A stretch of DNA of 49,317 nucleotides, filler included, from Cladosporium halotolerans (lineage: Eukaryota), in the NCBI RefSeq assembly GCF_011745625.1. It is 2 parts of 2 records of this genome, joined end to end, with 100 filler letters (N's around TTAATTAATTAA, not from the genome) between each part and the next. Parts side by side here need not be neighbours in the genome. Positions count along the whole stretch, not along the records: positions 24,782 to 49,317 come from NW_027191542.1; 1 more part is not named here. One strand, written 5' to 3'. Position numbers and translations under genes: made by a program. Positions 44,289-49,317 of the stretch are shown here, piece after piece (position 1 is the stretch's first letter; the number at the start of each line of letters is the position of its first letter). The notes under the pieces were generated by a model. That model did no database searches, was not told the origin of the DNA, and worked only from the letters and a program-made list of their open reading frames with translations.

Positions 44289-45216
44289 AGTGCCAGCGCC
44301 TGTGCCCTGGTTCTTTGACAGCTTGATCGAAACTATTGAAATGGAACAAGATGGCGAATCGCCGTAGTCAAAGCGAGTCTGCATAATCGTGATGACAAGA
44401 GAATGAGGCTGCTATTTGAAACGACCACTGCTCGTGCAGCCTACCTAGTCTGGAGGGAAGCTATGCTGCCCTGATTCGCGGCTGGCACCACGAGCGATGG
44501 CTTGATTAGAAGATAACGCGATATCAAATAGGGCGTACATCGTAGCCGCATCAGCGCTTTGAAACAGCAAAAGCGAGAAAAGAGATAAGCACATATCGTC
44601 AACGGTTTCCTTTCTGCATGAGCCGAGTTCATTGATATCCGCAAGGCCGTAGCAATGAAGTTCTCGTTTTCGTTGCCAAATTAAGCAAGCCAGCAAGAAG
44701 TCGGATGGGAGCAATGAAACCTTACCACAGCATATCGACTTGCTCCGTACGCAAGAAATGGCGCTGCCGAGGACGTGGGGTTGGAGTTTTCTCACTTTCG
44801 TTACCGATTGCGGTTTAGCGGCAACGCAGCAGTTGAGTGGAGCTCAGTGCTATCGCCGACGATGATTGGATACTGAGGAGAGCTGAACGCGCGGAACCCT
44901 TGACGCCGCCCTTTCGGCAATCAGTCCAGCAGTCTTTGTGTATCATCGCAACCCAGATCCGTACCCATTCTCATTAGACCTTCCACGCGGCGCATGTTTC
45001 CGCCTGGAATTGAGCGTCCGCGGGTGCCGATAGGCATTTGATCAAATCGGCATCCTGATTTTGATGTGTCACGCTTTTACAATGGTTACGGGCTACTGCT
45101 GCGCCCATGCCACGATGTACATTGATGTTGACTCGCTGCCTCTTCCAGAAATTGCTGGCTCGCTACCTGGTCAAATGACCATCGGACCAATCCACGCCTC
45201 GGTCTTTCCCTTATCC

Positions 45217-47351
45217 ATGGCTATGTTTTCGATTCATCCGCTCCAGAGCATCTCTGCTACTGAGATTAAACGAGCAAGGAACGCCTTGTTGGCTAATCAT
45301 GACAAAGAAGTGATCAGCTTCCGTGAGATCTTTATCCAGGAGCCGCGCAAGGGAGATCTGAGTGCCTTCCTTGATGCTGAACACCGAGGAGAGCTCCCGT
45401 TCACCACTCCGAAGCGTCTTGCTAAGTGCCAATACGACGTGATTGGTACTGACAAAGTCCCGTACTACCACGAAGCCACGGTCGACATCGAATCTGGGAA
45501 GGTGCTCGAGCACGAAGTCATCGGCAAAGAGCATCAGGCTGCTCTCACTCTGTACGTCGCAGTACTCTCTTAATGTGGCCTAATGCTAACCATGCGCTAG
45601 TGATGAGTTCGACATCTTGGTCGAGGTGTGCAAAGAGTCGAAGTCGTTTCAAGATGCTTTGAAGGAGTTTACACTCCCCGATGGCTTCGAGGTCGTTGTC
45701 GAGCCATGGCCATACGGCGGTCTTGATCTCACAGACGAGAATCGCCGCTTCTTTCAAGGTCTCATCTTTGCCCAAGACACACGCAACGGCAACCCTGATT
45801 CCAACTTCTACGCTTTCCCGCTACCTCTTATTCCTATCATGGACTTCCACAAACGCGAGATCATCCGCATCGAACGCCTCGCTACCGGTGGAAGAGGCGA
45901 TGGTATTGAGACCAAAACACAGAATGAGGCCAAGATTCTCGATCACTGCGCGAATGCGGAATATGTACCTGAGCTGCTGCCAAACGGAACAAGAAAGGAT
46001 CTCAAGACGCTCAATGTCGTACAGCCCGACGGACCGTCTTTCAAAGTCACCGACAACTCTTTGGTCGAATGGCAGAAATGGAGATTCAGAGTGTCTTTCA
46101 ACCCCCGAGAAGGAGCCGTCATTCACGATGTTCATTATGATGGCCGCAGCGTCCTGTACCGCCTCTCGATCAGCGAAATGACGGTACCCTACGCAGATGC
46201 TCGCGCGCCCTTCAACCGGAAGCAAGCTTTTGACTTCGGCGACGGTGGCGCCGGAAACTGTGCCAACAATCTTTCATTGGGCTGCGACTGCCTTGGAGTC
46301 ATCAAATACTTTGACGCATGGACCATCAATTCCAAAGGTGATATCTCTCCTCAATCCAACGTCATCTGTCTACACGAGCAGGACAATGGAATTGGCTGGA
46401 AGCACACTAATTGGCGGACTGGCCGTGCGGTGGTCACACGCAGCCGCGAGCTGGTGGTGCAGTTTATCATTACCTTGGCAAACTACGAGTACATCTTTGC
46501 ATACAAATTCGACCAGTCGGGCGGTATCGATATCGAGACACGTGCTACTGGAATCGTCAGCTCCGTCAATATCGACCCCGGAAAGACTAGCGACTATGGC
46601 AACGTTGTAGGGCCTGGCGTCTTGGCCCAAAACCATCAACACATCTTCGCGTTTCGAATCGATCCCGCTATTGACGGTCATCGCAACACTGTCATACAAG
46701 AGGAATCTCACATGGTGCCGCTCAATGCAGCAACAAATCCCAGAGGCGACTACTACGAAGTGCGTAAATCGCCGATCAAGCTCTCTGGCTGGGCCGATGC
46801 TGCGCCCCAGTACAACCGCGTTTTCAAGATGGTGAACACATCCCGCAAGAACCGGATCAGCGGCAACCCTGTAGGCTACAAACTCACGCCACCGGCCACT
46901 CAGCTGCTACTGGCAGACCCTGGATGCATTCAGTACAAACGCGCGTCTTTCGCACAACACCATCTTTGGGTCACAAAGTACAAAGATGACGAGCTTTACG
47001 CGGGCGGTCGCTTCACCTTGCAGTCGACAAAAGAGGTCGGTGGTGTTGCTGACGCTGTGGCACGAGGCGATAATGTTGAAGATGAAGACGTGGTACTGTG
47101 GTCGGTTTTTGGGCTGACACATAATCCACGAGTTGAGGTATGTAAAACAGTGCCGTCGGCCGACATTCAAGACTTCACTAACAGCAAGCTAGGACTGGCC
47201 AGTCATGCCTGTTGAAATTCACTCGGTACATCTACGACCCGCTGATTTCTTTGAAGCAAATCCGTCCATCGATGTTCCCAGCAACAAGAATTTGAGCAGT
47301 CAAGAGGTGTACCAGGAGGGGTCAAAATGCTGCAAGCCTGCAAAACTATAG
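45217..47351 (+). CDS. Copper amine oxidase, predicted peroxisomal; exons 45217-45551, 45601-47137, 47193-47351
   Basis: TPQ motif ANYEY, copper ligands HQH and THNPR, LGCDCLG, EDWPVMP after splicing. C-terminal AKL (PTS1). Confidence 0.95.
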
Positions 47352-47827
47352 ATCACGGGCAAAGTGCAGGCTCATTAGTTTTCCAAGCGCAATGTCTCGC
47401 ATGTGCTCTCGAATTGACTTGACGACCTATGTGTGCATCTGTAGATCGTCTCCGCCAGATTCTGTAGCAAGTTTTCACTAGGGACTGAGTTTGAAATCCT
47501 CAGTTCTGCATTTCTTGCCTTTACTGCCGAGTGATCCCCGTCATGAGGGCCACGAACTTTGCTATTACTGTTACCTTATGCCGTGACCGGAATCGGCTGA
47601 AAGACCCCGCACATGAGGAATTTAAGCTTTTGACTTTCCTTATCTCAATTCGAAGTATTGCTTATCACCCATTTCCCTCAGCTTGTTGTAGTTCTTCCAA
47701 AGCTACTTCCCTCCTCTACTCCTCTCTTTTGGTCTTCAATGAATGACACGATGGTGCTGTAGCAGGCTGCAGCCCAATCACTTCCTTGTGGGATCGATGG
47801 TATCAGCGGGATATTCACAGCAAAGAC

Positions 47828-49225
47828 ATGCGGTACGACAGCTGCCGGCAGTGCACTAAGAGGAGAATTAAATGCGACAAAGGCACTCCTCAATGCTTCA
47901 AGTGCGTGAAAAGAGGCCTTGAGTGCTCTGGGGTGGGAAAGACCTATCGTTTTGTCGAGAACTACACATCACGGGTAGTGAAAGCATCTTCACTTCCCCG
48001 TGATCCTTCCTATAGCGAGCGGCTGCAGCAAGGCGACAGAATCAAGCTGAACGATGGGCCGCACAGATATTGGAAAGAAGTACGGGCAACATTAGACGAA
48101 GGCCGCGGCCATTCCACAGAGGACGAAGATGAAGATTGCGAAATCGAGGCTGCAGTGGTCTCGCCCTCTTGTTCGGGAATTTCTCATGCAGACACTGCAA
48201 CTGTACAACAGCCGCTCCTGCAGGCATTCTCATTGATAGGTTTTGCTCAAGAAGCCAACACGCCATTGATTCCCTCGCTCCAGACACATAGACCGGAGCA
48301 GATGATGCTTTTTGATCACTGTGAGTATGCACCTCGAAGTCGGCCACTAATCAGTAGTCAGTCGCACATTTACTCGGCAGACTAATAACCCTTTGCAGTT
48401 GCAAGAGTCATCGCGCCATACATGGTTATTTATGATGCTGAGGATAACGGATACCGCAACCTCATCTTACCGTTGGCTCACCAGGACCCTCTAGTGGAGC
48501 GGGCTGTGTCAGTTGTGTCAGCGTTTCATCTGGGAATCCAACAGGCCAATCTGCGCAGCCATGCCGAAAGTGGCCGTACCGCCATCATTACTCGGCTACG
48601 GCAGGACGCTATGCAAGGAAGCGCAGAACAAGTATTGACTTTGTCGACATGGGTTACGCTCATTGTTCTCCTGGTAGGCGAGACTGTGACAGGCTCGTCG
48701 GAATTCGTACATCTCTTTGAAATGCTGCGCTCCCTCGTGACCTTACAGAGCACTCAAACATCGGGTTCCTCTGCCATGTCAAGATTTCTCGATTACCAAA
48801 GACGAATGTAAGTCTGTCCTGCAGTTTCTGCCTGGAGGGGAAGAGACGGAAAGAGTAGAAATGTTTTGTCTCATGAATTCTCTGGAATCATTTTCAAGCT
48901 AACGGGTACAAATCGCAGGTTTCTGCTGCTAACTCCGCCATTGGTCGGTGCAACTGAGCCCACGGAGCCTTGGTCAATGGATGAGGATAGTTTCTTCGAC
49001 TTTTTTGGCCTATCACCAACCGTGGAGCGCGAAAATCGACGAGACATTGCGGTTTTGAAGTGCGCATACAAAACGACGTACACACTCATAATGCGGCAGA
49101 ACGCCTCGCTCCTGCCCGAACATACCGTCAGCGACACTCTGGAGGAGCTGAGAACTCTTGTCGCACCTATGGGAAAGTGCACGAAGGGTGCGCAGGCGCT
49201 TGTCTGGGTCTATTTTGTACAGTGA
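47828..49225 (+). CDS. Zn(II)2Cys6 transcription factor with fungal-specific TF domain; exons 47828-48320, 48399-48807, 48919-49225; probably 3'-truncated
   Basis: CRQCTKRRIKCDKGTPQCFKCVKRGLEC; DNGYRNLILPLA. Canonical introns. Abrupt stop after ALVWVYFV. Confidence 0.85.
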
Positions 49226-49317
49226 TGTTGTTGGGTCGGTTCTTATTGGTGCGGTGCTGGTTTGGTTGGTGCTGGCTGGTGCTGGTTCGACTTGATCTGT
49301 AAGTGGTTGGTAGTGGT
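49220..49317. mobile_element. Probable end of a DNA transposon inserted in the transcription factor gene
   Basis: Begins TA|CAGTGATG and switches to GGTTGG/GGTGCTGG low-complexity repeats exactly where the coding sequence stops. Only one end is visible. Confidence 0.45.

Overview
Filamentous ascomycete (Pezizomycotina) genomic DNA. An artificial 100-bp spacer (44 N + TTAATTAATTAA + 44 N, 24682-24781) splits it into two halves that may not be adjacent in the genome. The left half (1-24681) is an accessory, transposon-rich tract. It holds a compound tandem repeat with minisatellites, a decapitated SesA/HeLo-like gene with a sigma-type amyloid-like tail, and an intact coiled-coil + PD-(D/E)xK-like + kinase gene. 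It also holds a full-length Tad-like LINE with TSD, a diverged orphan copy of that LINE's 3' end, a 401-bp hAT-type MITE, a young Ty1/copia element broken by a nested 121-bp solo LTR, and a frameshifted NB-ARC-TPR (NLR) gene. The right half (24782-49317) is gene-dense. In order: a transposon-truncated secreted lipase, CCC1, CWC21, divergent SER1/LYS4 sharing two perfect Gcn4/CpcA sites, a stand-alone cullin N-terminal protein, a membrane protein, a secreted aspartic protease, a RING-CH E3 ligase, and a permease/copper amine oxidase/Zn2Cys6 cluster whose regulator appears cut by an insertion at the window edge. All calls come from reading the sequence by eye; no database searches were run.
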